Assembly: GCA_048881705.1 (NCBI GenBank)
Contig: JBHLSH010000001.1
Span: forward strand, 128,001-192,000
Reading direction: 5' to 3'
Source of the DNA: Candidatus Heimdallarchaeota archaeon
GTDB taxonomy: Archaea > Asgardarchaeota > Heimdallarchaeia > Hodarchaeales > Hodarchaeaceae
DNA length: 64,000 nt
Part shown: positions 21,084 through 32,179 of the stretch, in pieces
Numbering within the stretch: position 1 is the stretch's first letter
Layout: each line of letters starts with the position of its first letter
The notes under the pieces: generated by a model
What the model was told of the DNA's origin: nothing
Database searches by the model: none
What the model saw: the letters and a program-made list of their open reading frames with translations, nothing else
Made by a program: the position numbers and the translations under genes

Positions 21084-24000
21084 CTAAATCTGTAAATAAT
21101 CTTCTGCAAGAACTTGTTCAAGCTTTTTTATGAGGTGAACGGCATTATCCTTTGTGAATATTAAAGGAGGTTTAATTTTAATCACATTCAACAAGGGACC
21201 ATCGAAACCAAGCAATATTCCTTCTTCTTTCATCCTTTCTACAACATATCGGGTTTTTAGCGGCGCTGGATCCTTTTTTTCCGGATTTATAACCAATTCA
21301 GCCCCAAGAAAGAGTCCCTCTCCTCGGACATCGCCAATTATCGGAAATCTCTCCTTTAATTTCAGAAGCTCCGTCTTGAGATAGGCTCCGATTTCGCGTG
21401 CATTTTTTTGAAGGTTTTCCGTTTGAATGACTTCAAGAACAGCTAATCCAACTGCACATGAGACGGGATTGCCTCCTGTGGTTGTAAAATATTCCATTCC
21501 ATTATCAAATGCCCTTGCTATTTCTGGTGTTGTCACAACAGCACCTATAGGATGTCCATTACCCATTGGTTTTCCCAGGGTCACAATATCAGGCACCACA
21601 TTCTGAAGTTCAAACCCCCAGAAATGGCTGCCCACTCTGCCAAAGCCCACCTGAACCTCATCTGCAATACAGACTCCACCGCAACTTCTGATATGTTTAT
21701 AAACCTCTTCCAAGTATCCCTTGGGAAAAACAATCTGTCCTCCAACTCCAGGTAACGACTCACAAATAAAGGCCGCTGGGCCTCTTCCAGCTCCCTGCAA
21801 GCTTACCAATATTTGCTCTACTTCTGTAGCATATTTCTTGGATGCCTCTGGATCACCAGCTCTGTATAATCCCCGAAAAATATCTGGCATACTCACCTTA
21901 TGTACGTAGGGAGGTGAACCTTGACCTCCGGGGCCTTCATGTTTGTAGGGACTGATATTGATTAATTCCCCAGTATTCCCGTGATAGGCATGATCGATGA
22001 CGATTATGTCATGTTGTTTTGTATACGTCCTAGCTAGCCGCAAGGCTAATTCATTCGCTTCACTGCCACTATTGACAAAAAAACACACTTTGAGAGGGTC
22101 GGGGAATGTTGCACACAAACGTAGAGCATATCTTACTAGATTTTCATGCAGATAACGCGTGTTAGTGTTTAAAACGATTGACTGGCGGCGTAAAGCATCC
22201 ACTACCTTCGGATGATTGTGTCCAACATGTGGGACATTATTCACCGCATCAAGGTAAGAACGTGCATTTTGGTCATATAGATATTGTCCGTACCCCCTTA
22301 CAATGTGCAAGGGATTTATATATGAGATACTCAAAGATGGGCCTATTTTCTGCTTTCTTAACATAAGAATCTCTTCCATAGATAGCCCATCTTGGGGAAA
22401 CGATTCATCAGGAATCCGTAAGAAAATATTAGGGTCGAGACACACCGACAACCAGACTTTTTTTTGATTTGCTGGAATTTTGAAGGGGAACTTGTTTGTG
22501 GTTCCGAATAAACAGGTTGACAGCTGAAAATGAAGGAAATAAAGAGGGGTTTCACCCTTTAGTTTCCCCATATAACCCAAATGTTCCCCTTGGCTGATTT
22601 CATCACCAATTTCAAGGTTTTTTATCGAATCAGCCTCTAAATTTCTGTAAATAGTGAAATAAGTTAACTCTCCCTTGTCTAGATCTAGAATATGTTTGAG
22701 GATAAAGAGAGAAGTAAAATCAGACGATTCATGACCTTGTTTCCAGTAAACTTGACCATCAGCAGGACTGTAAATTGGTATACGGGATATTAGGAATAAA
22801 TCGTACCCTAGATGTATTGTTGGGGTTTCAACAGAACTGGGCAGATCAATGGTGTAATATAGACGCGGCTCATTATGTCTCCCAATACCGATATTGATAT
22901 TTGATTCTTTCATTCTGTCATAGATAAGACGCTGTAACCGGTCCTTATTCTGAAGTTCGTAAAATGAGCTGAATTCCAAACTATTCACACTGAGATCAAA
23001 GACGATGTGCGGCTGATTTGAGAAGTTATATTCTATAATAGAAGTATGTGAAGTTCGAGCAAGCCATTGGCCTATACTTTGTGTTTTCAGAGAGGGGATC
23101 ATTTTACATGCTATACGAAAGGATATATGGGCAAATTCGGGATGAATCTCTTTGAGCTGGTATAATGTTTTCCACGCCAAATCCTCTGAAATGCTCAGAT
23201 ATTCATTGTCGGGATCTATTTTCCGCTGATATGCCGATATAGTCACACTTAGACAGAGACGGAGACAAATAAAAATAAACAAGCATTCCACTTCCAGGTC
23301 AGTCAATGGAAATACGGAATGGAACCCTGTAACGGCTACTGAAGCAATACCAATTGGATTTTCTTTCCCAAGCATCAAATATGCAATAGCAACTGCCAGC
23401 TCAAAAACGGTACAACTCTTTACCATATCTCCAAAATCTATGATACCAAAATCGTAGCTAAACGGCGTGGGCCGATAATTTACAATAATGTTGAAATCGT
23501 TCGCATCGTTATGGATCACGCTCTTCCGTAACTTGCCTACCTTGGATTTCGTATTATTTTCAAAAAACGTCAAGAAATATTCTAAAAGCGCCTTTCTTTC
23601 AGGAAGTTGGATATATTCTTTATATCTTTCAATCACAGTATGAGCATGTCTTAAATCCCAGTGAAACTCACGTTCTGATGAAGGATGAGAAAAAGTTGAC
23701 AAACCCTTAGTTAGTTCTCCGATAAAATGGCCAAATTTCGCAACAAGCTCTTCATGGTGAGGATTTATTCTTGCAAGAACCTTTCCAGGAAGATAAGTGA
23801 GCAATCTTATGAAATAATTCTCTTCTCCCCTTTTATAATGCCCAAGCAGATTATTATTCCTCGTCAAAATTATCCGTGGCGCGATCCCGGAAGCAACAGA
23901 AGATAGATGAATCAAGGCTTGATTTTGAAAATCAAGTATTTCCCTCTTCTCAAGTGTACTAGCAATCTTTAAAACAAATTCAAGCCCATCCGATGCCCTT

Positions 24001-24143
24001 AGATAAAAATTTTGGTCACGTTCACTAGGAAACTCCTGTGCGATTCCGTTAACTCCGTACAGCTTCATGACAATTGCTTGGGCCTCTTCCTCCGAGAATT
24101 CGGGCCTTTTTAATGAGTGGTTCACTGAAATTCTAACCCGCAC
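21084..24143 (-). CDS. Fusion of an amino-alcohol kinase (APH/hydroxylysine-kinase-like), an M23-like insert and a class III PLP aminotransferase/phospho-lyase
   Basis: [16 protein letters not shown] and IIDFGD (kinase); IHLGYDLF and HFQL (M23-like); [46 protein letters not shown] (class III aminotransferase). Confidence 0.9.
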   Translation of the reverse strand: MRVRISVNHSLKRPEFSEEEAQAIVMKLYGVNGIAQEFPSERDQNFYLRASDGLEFVLKIASTLEKREILDFQNQALIHLSSVASGIAPRIILTRNNNLLGHYKRGEENYFIRLLTYLPGKVLARINPHHEELVAKFGHFIGELTKGLSTFSHPSSEREFHWDLRHAHTVIERYKEYIQLPERKALLEYFLTFFENNTKSKVGKLRKSVIHNDANDFNIIVNYRPTPFSYDFGIIDFGDMVKSCTVFELAVAIAYLMLGKENPIGIASVAVTGFHSVFPLTDLEVECLFIFICLRLCLSVTISAYQRKIDPDNEYLSISEDLAWKTLYQLKEIHPEFAHISFRIACKMIPSLKTQSIGQWLARTSHTSIIEYNFSNQPHIVFDLSVNSLEFSSFYELQNKDRLQRLIYDRMKESNINIGIGRHNEPRLYYTIDLPSSVETPTIHLGYDLFLISRIPIYSPADGQVYWKQGHESSDFTSLFILKHILDLDKGELTYFTIYRNLEADSIKNLEIGDEISQGEHLGYMGKLKGETPLYFLHFQLSTCLFGTTNKFPFKIPANQKKVWLSVCLDPNIFLRIPDESFPQDGLSMEEILMLRKQKIGPSLSISYINPLHIVRGYGQYLYDQNARSYLDAVNNVPHVGHNHPKVVDALRRQSIVLNTNTRYLHENLVRYALRLCATFPDPLKVCFFVNSGSEANELALRLARTYTKQHDIIVIDHAYHGNTGELINISPYKHEGPGGQGSPPYVHKVSMPDIFRGLYRAGDPEASKKYATEVEQILVSLQGAGRGPAAFICESLPGVGGQIVFPKGYLEEVYKHIRSCGGVCIADEVQVGFGRVGSHFWGFELQNVVPDIVTLGKPMGNGHPIGAVVTTPEIARAFDNGMEYFTTTGGNPVSCAVGLAVLEVIQTENLQKNAREIGAYLKTELLKLKERFPIIGDVRGEGLFLGAELVINPEKKDPAPLKTRYVVERMKEEGILLGFDGPLLNVIKIKPPLIFTKDNAVHLIKKLEQVLAEDYLQI

Positions 24144-24182
24144 GAATAATGATATAATTATAAGGTAAAAACGGGATCCAGT

Positions 24183-26069
24183 TCATATTAATTGTATTTC
24201 GTATGTTTCCAAAGGGGGATAGAGATCGATGTCTGTACGACCTTCCACAAGGTGAATTAGTTCCAGATACAACTTCCGATAGGATGGATCCCGTTGTTCG
24301 CTTATTCCGGGTATCAGAATGTCGTGAACTTTTGCTAACTCGATAGATTTAGAGTAACCGGCAGCTGCGTGTCTTAAGATGGCAGACATAGGATCCCATG
24401 TCAGAACCCTGAATATCCGTTCTTGAGAGATTTGGGTGCCGTCTGCTACGCAGACCTGGCCAGCATGAAGTGAGTATCCCACTCCTACACCGCCGCCGCC
24501 ATGATAACTTGTCCATGTGGCGCCACATAAGGAATTTCCGAGAAGATTAAGAACAGCATAATCCCCTATAGCATCGGATCCATCTTCCATCCCTTCTGTC
24601 TCGCGATAAGGACTGGCTACTGATCCTCCATCCAAATGGTCCCGACCAATAATAACTGGGGCCTTAATCAACCCATCTGCATACAGTTTGTTTAAAAGCA
24701 TGCCGAACGCAGCCCTGCCCTTGTAGCCTGCCCAAAAAACTCGCGCAGGAAGCCCTCCCTCGAAGGGGATGTACTTCGAAGCCAAATTAATCCAGTTTAT
24801 CAACATTGGGTCATCGTGAAATAGCTTCTTCGCGTAAATATCTGTAGTACGAATGTCCTCTGGGTCATTTGACAACGCGGCCCATCGGAACGGTCCTTTT
24901 CCTTCACAAAACAAAGGACGAATGTAATTAATAACGAATCCTGCAAATCCAAACGCGTCACCAAGTCCAGCTGCATGCGCTTGAGCACGAATGTTATTAC
25001 CATAGTCAAATGTCTCAGCTCCCCGTTTTTGCAGGGTCAACATTGCCCGTACATGGCGTTTTACAGTTTTATGAGCCAGTTTCTTGTACTTGACCGGATC
25101 GGATTTCCGCAGTTCAATTGCTTCTTCGAAGGACATCTCCGCAGGAATGTATCCATTTAGCATATCGTGAGCAGAGGTTTGGTCGGTCAATACGTGAGGT
25201 GTGATGCTCTCCGAAATCAAATACTCTAACAAGTCCACGGCGTTGCATAAAATGCCGATGGATATAGCTTCATCTTTCTTGGAGTATTCTTGTGCAAGCT
25301 TGATACTTTCAGAAATGGATGTCGTTTTTATGTCAAGATAAGGGGTTCCCTTGTCACGTCCTTGGGCATAAATCCTATCCAGATTTGATGGATCAATTTC
25401 CGCAATCAATGCCACCTTCCCTGCCATCTTAATAGCTAAAGGCTGAGCCCCTCCCATAAGTCCCAATCCCGCTGTTACAACCAATTTTTGTTCAAACGGC
25501 GATAGAGTAGCATAAGACGGTCTTTCTTCAGCTTTATTGATGGCGGCTACCAGTGTCTCATACGTTCCTTGTATAATTCCCTGAAGGCCAATGAAAATCC
25601 AGCTTCCTGCCGTCATCTGACCGTAAACGGTCAAACCCGCGTCTACAAACTCTTGGAAAGATTGGATCCAGTTGGGCACAATAATGGAATTGGTGATTAC
25701 ACACCTTGGCGCCAAAGGGTGGGTGATGGTTTTGCCATAGGGCACCCCAGACTGCATAAAAAGCGTTTCATTTTGTTCTAAGTTCTTTAAAAGATCAATA
25801 GTATCGTAAAAAGCTTTCCAGTTGCGCATTGCCTTCCCACTCCCTCCATAAATGAAAAACGTCTCCCAATCTTTGCCATTATGTAGATTTGACAGAATTG
25901 CTCGGATGATACCCTCGGTCTGCCAACCAGCTTTTGTACTAGGTGCAAGTGCATTCGCTCCACTTGGTAATGGAGGTATTTTTTCAGGTTTTAAATCCAG
26001 ACGCAGCCTTTCGCGCTCGGGTAACCTAAATTTTCCCCGCACAATCTCGTTCAAGCGAGTCTGTTTCAT
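24183..26069 (-). CDS. hutU: Urocanate hydratase
   Basis: IYGGSGKA, YGQMTAGSWIFIG.QGIIQGTYET, TDQTSAHD, FDYGNNIR, GPFRWAALS, GRDHLDGGSVASP.RETE, HGGGGVGVG. Confidence 0.97.
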   Translation of the reverse strand: MKQTRLNEIVRGKFRLPERERLRLDLKPEKIPPLPSGANALAPSTKAGWQTEGIIRAILSNLHNGKDWETFFIYGGSGKAMRNWKAFYDTIDLLKNLEQNETLFMQSGVPYGKTITHPLAPRCVITNSIIVPNWIQSFQEFVDAGLTVYGQMTAGSWIFIGLQGIIQGTYETLVAAINKAEERPSYATLSPFEQKLVVTAGLGLMGGAQPLAIKMAGKVALIAEIDPSNLDRIYAQGRDKGTPYLDIKTTSISESIKLAQEYSKKDEAISIGILCNAVDLLEYLISESITPHVLTDQTSAHDMLNGYIPAEMSFEEAIELRKSDPVKYKKLAHKTVKRHVRAMLTLQKRGAETFDYGNNIRAQAHAAGLGDAFGFAGFVINYIRPLFCEGKGPFRWAALSNDPEDIRTTDIYAKKLFHDDPMLINWINLASKYIPFEGGLPARVFWAGYKGRAAFGMLLNKLYADGLIKAPVIIGRDHLDGGSVASPYRETEGMEDGSDAIGDYAVLNLLGNSLCGATWTSYHGGGGVGVGYSLHAGQVCVADGTQISQERIFRVLTWDPMSAILRHAAAGYSKSIELAKVHDILIPGISEQRDPSYRKLYLELIHLVEGRTDIDLYPPLETYEIQLI

Positions 26070-26527
26070 ATGATAACCACCAAACGACTGAGAGAATAGT
26101 GGGCTTTAATTCTTCAGGATTGATTTCTGAATTTAAAATGATACTTCTGCTCACGAAGTACTTGCTGATTCATTAAGCCGCCCTAAAGTCAGGGAGTCAT
26201 CTTCTATTCAATCCCCAGTATATGAAAACATCCTTCAAGACGGCCAAGGATTCCACACTGGTACGCATCACCTACTCCATGCTTCCTTCAGTACCATGAG
26301 GACGCCCAAGCCGAACATTATGAAACAACTGATCATCCTACGAGAGGTAGCATCAAAGAACTATCAATTTTCAATGAAATCTTCTTACCTCAAAGACATC
26401 TCCTTGAACAATCTTGGATTTCAACATTGGAAAACATTGCGGCGGTTGAACAAAAACGTACGATTCTTCTATATTTTATAATGACGGTGACAATTTAAAG
26501 CAAGTTATTTACCAATATTATTCAACA

Positions 26528-27505
26528 ATGAGTGAAGGCAAACGCATGAAATTGATAGAACAACAGCAGCAAGATAAGCAGCGATTGAAAGATATTCAAA
26601 CACAACTGAACGCACTGAAAACTAAACTTTTAGCATTGGAAACTGAAAAGGAACGGATTGAACAGCAAATCGCAGGCCGTGAACAAGAAATCAGGGACCA
26701 AGCCAACTCTGAGAGTGATATAAGTCAAATTCAGCTACAAGAAGAAGGTCAATTGGGCATTCTAAAGGAAATTTGGTTTTTCCCCTCCTGGAATCAATTG
26801 ATTGATACGAATTTTAAGGGATTTTATTTAAATCAGCCTGTAATGGAATTAAAAAGAGATTCCGTCTTGTTAATCCCGGATATTACTCTCACAGGAACTG
26901 ACGAAACAACTGGTGAAGCTTTTATCCTTGTTGTAGGTGTTGGTGTTTATTATGCTCAATTCTCTATCTCTTTGGGAAAAATCATTACAGATTTTCGTGA
27001 AATCTGCGGGATTGTATTACCCACTGAAGCTTTTATTCGAGCTCAGGATCAAGCCAGCTCGACAATCAACTCTCAAAAATTAGAAATGACAGAGTACATG
27101 ACTAAGATTCCGTTTACTTTTCTTTTAGAACGAGAAACAACTCAGATGTATATGCGAGGTGTTGTAACGAGGAATATAATGCATCCAAATAAGGAAATCT
27201 TTGATCTATTAGAAAATTTGTGTAAATCAAAAACGACACTTTCAGAGGAAGACGGCTTTAAGATTTTATCAGGGGGGTTATCTGCAGAACATTCAATCTA
27301 CAAGAACGAATTATTAACAGAAAAACAAATACCTGAGTACAGTCGAATTACTGCGGGGTTAAAAAACGTTAAACCAACGTTAGGAAAGATTATGAGTACC
27401 TTACAGTTAGAAGAAATGAGGGCTCAGATCTTTAAGAATATAAAGCAAATCAAACACGATTATACCACTATTGGGCTTCCCCGATTACGCGATTGGATGC
27501 CGTAG
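26528..27505 (+). CDS. Hypothetical protein: N-terminal coiled coil plus an unknown globular domain
   Basis: 325-aa ORF; residues ~8-60 are heptad-rich; no family recognised. Confidence 0.7.
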   Translation: MSEGKRMKLIEQQQQDKQRLKDIQTQLNALKTKLLALETEKERIEQQIAGREQEIRDQANSESDISQIQLQEEGQLGILKEIWFFPSWNQLIDTNFKGFYLNQPVMELKRDSVLLIPDITLTGTDETTGEAFILVVGVGVYYAQFSISLGKIITDFREICGIVLPTEAFIRAQDQASSTINSQKLEMTEYMTKIPFTFLLERETTQMYMRGVVTRNIMHPNKEIFDLLENLCKSKTTLSEEDGFKILSGGLSAEHSIYKNELLTEKQIPEYSRITAGLKNVKPTLGKIMSTLQLEEMRAQIFKNIKQIKHDYTTIGLPRLRDWMP

Positions 27506-27602
27506 GCTTTTTATTGTATAAAAATGAAGGATTTTCTTTTTTCCTTATTATCCATTGTAAGAAGTAGGGTCTTAGGATAGGGAACGAAGTAATACGGAAT
27601 GT

Positions 27603-28304
27603 TCAGTTTTTACTAAGTTCGGCCACCAGGATATCCCGAATGACTTGCTGGATGGGCATGATGATTCGTTGTACTGGCTGAGGTCGAGATTTCGGGTTCC
27701 AGTTTCCACTACTCCATGTTTCCTTTAATGCCTGTAAAGCCTCCAAACATGAAACTTCATGCACACTGGCAAAAGTGTCTCGTAACTTGTCCGAGACCCC
27801 TGCTTCCACCATCAAACGCCCAACATCTGCTGCCGAAATACGTGTGCCAACGGGTAAATCCATCTTATTTAGCATTATCTGCAATTTGACTTCTCCATTG
27901 AGGAGTTTATCTTCTAAGATCTCAAACAATTCCGTAAGCGAAGTTTTGTTCTCCTCCCACCGCGCAGATTCTGAATCCAACACGACTATGATGCCATGAA
28001 GGCCATTCACAACGATCTTACGCATGCTTTTGAAACGATCTTGTCCAGGAGTCGTAAAGAGGTGATATTTAAATTCTCTTCCCGTACCTGTACCCAAACC
28101 GAAGGTAGCCTGATCGAATCCGATGGTACGCTCCGTAGCCTTGTCTTCAAGTTTGAGGAAATTATAGACATTCTCGGGATCTTCCCGTTTTTTTATGGCG
28201 TGGAAAAGCGAGAGCGCCGTGGTCTTCCCAGCCATCGTTGCACCCCAAAAGACGATCTTAATTCCCTGTTTGCTCTCTTCAAAGACAACCTCTTCTTGGC
28301 TCAA
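27603..28304 (-). CDS. Small GTPase, MglA/Arf-like Asgard type
   Basis: G1 GATMAGKT, G2 RTIGFD, G3 TTPGQDRF, G4 NKMD. Confidence 0.88.
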   Translation of the reverse strand: MSQEEVVFEESKQGIKIVFWGATMAGKTTALSLFHAIKKREDPENVYNFLKLEDKATERTIGFDQATFGLGTGTGREFKYHLFTTPGQDRFKSMRKIVVNGLHGIIVVLDSESARWEENKTSLTELFEILEDKLLNGEVKLQIMLNKMDLPVGTRISAADVGRLMVEAGVSDKLRDTFASVHEVSCLEALQALKETWSSGNWNPKSRPQPVQRIIMPIQQVIRDILVAELSKN

Positions 28305-28524
28305 TATCAGTTCCTCGTGTTCCTGTATAGTACGTTTATAATGAGATTCGTGATCGTTCCGATGACGGATCTGCTCGAGAACGTGGTAACAGTGTGGTTC
28401 TAAATTTTCGATGTGTCTATCTTAAAAGCTGCTTGCTTTTTTTTAAAGATTAGGGAACGCTCTCAAAACCGACAATAAAACAAAATCAGAGGATCTTAGG
28501 TACAAGTGAAGGTGGAAAACACAG

Positions 28525-29250
28525 ATGACGGAGCATTATGATGTAATAGCGGTTTCTCCTCATCCAGACGACGCTGAGATCGGATGTGGCGGCACTCTAG
28601 CACTGCTATCGAACGAGGGATATCGCTGCGGAATCATTGACCTTACAGATGGGGAGCCCACGCCTTTCAATGATGACCCCGCAATTCGAATTGAAGAGTC
28701 GCTTCAATCTGCAAAAACATTAGGAATCGAACGAATTTTACTTGATCTGCCTAATCGTACACTTATGGATTCCATTAAGGCCCGTTTAGCTCTGGCAAGG
28801 GCATTCCGTCAAACCCAGCCACGAATCGTAATTGGAATGCAGGGGGTCACCCCTAATGCCTCGCCAGATCACCATCAAAGCCAATTGATTTTTGACGCGG
28901 CAATCTTCTATAGTCGCCTATCAAAGTGGGAACATCACTTTGATGGGTTACCTCCCTGGCGTATACCTCAAACCTTTTACTATTACACTGCTCGAGAAAT
29001 CCATAGCGAAGGTTTTTTTCCCCTTCAGTTTATTGTTGATATTTCAAATCAATTCGAGAGAAAAAAGGAAGCTCTTTTGCAGTACAAAAGCCAATTTCGA
29101 GCTCATCCCTCATATAATCCACCTATCTTGGACTGGATTGAGGGCATGGGGCGCTATTTCGGCTCATTGATCGGTTGTAAATATGGCGAGATATTCTATG
29201 GAACCAAGGTTTTGAACGTGAATCTATTCCAAACCTATCTTTCGAGATGA
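28525..29250 (+). CDS. PIG-L/LmbE-family deacetylase (BshB1-like)
   Basis: SPHPDDAEIGCGG, DLTDGE, PDHH, VDIS...KKEAL..YKSQF. Confidence 0.9.
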   Translation: MTEHYDVIAVSPHPDDAEIGCGGTLALLSNEGYRCGIIDLTDGEPTPFNDDPAIRIEESLQSAKTLGIERILLDLPNRTLMDSIKARLALARAFRQTQPRIVIGMQGVTPNASPDHHQSQLIFDAAIFYSRLSKWEHHFDGLPPWRIPQTFYYYTAREIHSEGFFPLQFIVDISNQFERKKEALLQYKSQFRAHPSYNPPILDWIEGMGRYFGSLIGCKYGEIFYGTKVLNVNLFQTYLSR

Positions 29251-30182
29251 CGGGAACGCGCGATTTTCGCCGCCATCAGGGCATATTCCAAAAATTCACG
29301 ACTGCCTAGCTGGTCGATTGAGGCCTTTAACGCCTTTAGAATCTGTTCTTGCCGTTGGTCTTGCTTATCAAATGAGGGCTGGGAGAGGCATTTACTATAA
29401 AAGACGGCGGCATCTTGAAAATTCCCTAATTTGAAAAGCCCTTCTGCTATTGCATGATGATCGCTCCACGGATCTCGTTTGGACTCAGACTGCAATTCAT
29501 CGAGTAAATCCGCATAATGTTTTAGGGCAATGATTGCACATCTTAAGGTATCGATTACCGCGTGTTTGGCCAGGATATCACATGCTTTAACTTGGAGAGA
29601 CATAACCAGTCTTTTTTGTTCAGAGGGACGATCAGACATACTAGTACCTAATGTATCAAGCACTCGCCAATATTGAGGAATTTCATAGCCTTCGATAGGA
29701 TCAGAAACTCGTTGAAGAATTCGTGACTTAGTGCCAAATTCGGCCAAATCCTTAACATCCATATTGGGACCAAGAATGTCAGCTAGACCAATATCACGGA
29801 ATTTTGGATTATAGTATGATCCCATATAGCTATAAAATTCCAAGTAGTTGGGGATAATGTTTGTTATATATTCCAACACCCTCCGTTTAAATTGTTCAAA
29901 GCGGGTATTATTTGTTAGATGAAACAAACAGATTTCGGATCCATGTGCTACACACATAGAGATAATTTGTCCGAGCGGTCCATCTGATTCCAGTTTGAAG
30001 ATACAAGTCCCGCTTGGTAGCGTAATCGGAATCTCGACCGTTTTTTCAAAGGTAGAAACTGTAAGGTCAGATACCTTTACCCAAGGTTCTGCCAAAACAT
30101 TGGAAAATATCCAGAGCTCTGGCTGATTGGCCAGTTCAAATAATGTTTTTCGAGTTCTTTTGTGAGACACAGCCGTATCCAC
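29235..30182 (-). CDS. Hypothetical protein with a possible degenerate Ras-like N-domain and a C-terminal TPR-like helical region
   Basis: TPR-like HAIAEGLFKLGNFQDAAVFYSKCL; N-terminal part loosely parallels Ras beta2 to alpha3. Confidence 0.55.
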   Translation of the reverse strand: MDTAVSHKRTRKTLFELANQPELWIFSNVLAEPWVKVSDLTVSTFEKTVEIPITLPSGTCIFKLESDGPLGQIISMCVAHGSEICLFHLTNNTRFEQFKRRVLEYITNIIPNYLEFYSYMGSYYNPKFRDIGLADILGPNMDVKDLAEFGTKSRILQRVSDPIEGYEIPQYWRVLDTLGTSMSDRPSEQKRLVMSLQVKACDILAKHAVIDTLRCAIIALKHYADLLDELQSESKRDPWSDHHAIAEGLFKLGNFQDAAVFYSKCLSQPSFDKQDQRQEQILKALKASIDQLGSREFLEYALMAAKIARSRHLER

Positions 30183-30215
30183 ACTGGTATCAATATCAAT
30201 TCTAGATAAGTTTTT

Positions 30216-32141
30216 CTAACGTCGGACTCGCACGGCTACTCCACGGTTAAAATCCAGCATTTCAGGGACAGAAAGGACACTCTTTCCATAATTCAGAAAC
30301 GAACCTTGTTTATTCACGATAAGAACCTCCTCGCCGCATCGAATCATAGGATCCGCTTTTATAACGAACTTTGCCAAGAGATCTTTATTCTGTTTGACAA
30401 ATGGTACTGCTTCATCGCTCGCCTCGACTCGCATTTGAGGCCTAGGAAGGAAATTGTACAGCATCTCGGCAAATCTAGGCGACGGTACAATAATGAAGTC
30501 GGAGGCCCTAAAAGTTCCTAAGAGATCATCACCTTCGGTAAAACGCCGTAACACCCCAGTTTTTTGCGATCTTTCAATTGTAAGGTTAATATTCTCAAGT
30601 AATTTATGAGAACCAGCTCCGAATTGATAATCAACAATTGCTTTTATGATATAAACGTCATCCCGCCTGCTTAAGGATCTTGGGCGTTCGAAAAAATCAA
30701 AACCTTGAAGAAGTTCGTTTTCAACGGAGACTGATGGATGGATCAATATTTCTTTGAATTTGGATTTAAATCTGTTAAGAAAAACCTCGATATATTCAAT
30801 GATCTCTGAAGAAATTTCCATTGGAATCCGTTCGTGTTGTACCAAGGGATATACTCCTAGCAACTCATCGGGGATAATCCCAAAGGTGGGAGACAGGCGT
30901 ATAACTTGATAAGACTGCGAGGAATGCAATTTTTGATTTTCCCGGGTAATAACCAACTTAGAACTCCAAGAAAAGAATCGTTCCATTATTCTTTGGCGAT
31001 AACGAAGTAACAGAGGCTGATTAATCAAGATTGGATGAGTGATCAGTAATGCTCTAGTCTTTGAAGCTGTTTCAAAGGGTTCGACGAGTTTTGATGTTGA
31101 TTTGCCAAAAAGAAGGTTGATATTTTTCATCAATGAAGGATGAGCCGCTGCGCGGACCAGTGCTAGTTCATATAATCGCCCCTCTGTGATCGCTTGTCTA
31201 ATTCTCCGAATTTCTTCCAGGCTCACAATCAAGTTATGTTTGGCTAACAGAATTGTACGGGTTTCCAAATCGAGGTGACGTAATTCTACAGGGACAAAAT
31301 TAACACACACCTCACATGAGCAAGGGAAATACTCCAGATTTTCCAAGTATTCAGTACCAGTTACCGTGATATAGCGATTTTTCTGGGCATAAAGCATATA
31401 GGCGGCAGAATCGAAAACATCAACACCAAGAAGTACCGCAATCCCAAAAATCATGGGATGTCCTGCCCCAAACAGATGAATCGGTCTATTGGTGGGAAGA
31501 TGCTGCTTGATTGTCAGAAGCATTCGAATAACGTTTTCATAATCATATTTCTCAAGGAGTGGAACAACTGATCCAAGAGGGTGAATATGAAAAGGATGTT
31601 TGCGCATCTTTTCACATGATGATTCAATTAAATCCAAATGTATCCCCCCTTGAATAGGACCCGCCCATAGAATTGGATTATCGGAGCTTCTAAGCTTTAA
31701 ATTTTCTTCAGCTCTCTTAACAGTCTTTTCCAATGCTGCTTTATGGTCCTCATACTTCTCAGTTTTGACCGGAACGTCCAAAAATACCCCGATGTCGCTT
31801 CCTATTTGTTCCTGAAATTGTATAATCTCAAGGTTGGATACTTCGACATCCCCGTATTGCATTAGTTGAAATGCCCCCGAATCAGTCATTATGGGGCCCG
31901 AAAACCCTAGATATTTATGTAATCCTGATTGAAGGACACTTTCTCGGTTTTCAGCGTTACGGAACAAGAGATATGCGTTAGTGATAAATGCTTCCGCACC
32001 TAGACGAACCATTTCTTGAGGAGAAACCATTTGACGATTGGGATTGATGACTGGAAGTAACACTGGGGTCATCATCTTGCCATGGTTGGTTTCTAGCATG
32101 CCTATGCGACCCCACCCGTCTTTTTTCCGAATAGTATACAT
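30216..32141 (-). CDS. tgtA: Archaeosine tRNA-guanine transglycosylase (arcTGT) with PUA domain
   Basis: TPVLLPVINP, IMTDSGAFQ, PIQGG, HLFGAGHP, DVFDSAAY, Zn site CSCEVC...H, C-terminal PUA; start moved to ATG 32141. Confidence 0.95.
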   Translation of the reverse strand: MYTIRKKDGWGRIGMLETNHGKMMTPVLLPVINPNRQMVSPQEMVRLGAEAFITNAYLLFRNAENRESVLQSGLHKYLGFSGPIMTDSGAFQLMQYGDVEVSNLEIIQFQEQIGSDIGVFLDVPVKTEKYEDHKAALEKTVKRAEENLKLRSSDNPILWAGPIQGGIHLDLIESSCEKMRKHPFHIHPLGSVVPLLEKYDYENVIRMLLTIKQHLPTNRPIHLFGAGHPMIFGIAVLLGVDVFDSAAYMLYAQKNRYITVTGTEYLENLEYFPCSCEVCVNFVPVELRHLDLETRTILLAKHNLIVSLEEIRRIRQAITEGRLYELALVRAAAHPSLMKNINLLFGKSTSKLVEPFETASKTRALLITHPILINQPLLLRYRQRIMERFFSWSSKLVITRENQKLHSSQSYQVIRLSPTFGIIPDELLGVYPLVQHERIPMEISSEIIEYIEVFLNRFKSKFKEILIHPSVSVENELLQGFDFFERPRSLSRRDDVYIIKAIVDYQFGAGSHKLLENINLTIERSQKTGVLRRFTEGDDLLGTFRASDFIIVPSPRFAEMLYNFLPRPQMRVEASDEAVPFVKQNKDLLAKFVIKADPMIRCGEEVLIVNKQGSFLNYGKSVLSVPEMLDFNRGVAVRVRR

Positions 32142-32179
32142 AAGATGCCGTTTCCTCTCTGAAATGTTAGCTTTCCCAT

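Noticed and set aside
26070-26520. Several 20-60 codon ORFs on both strands upstream of hutU
   Set aside because: No recognisable motifs or consistent frame; cannot be distinguished from intergenic DNA.
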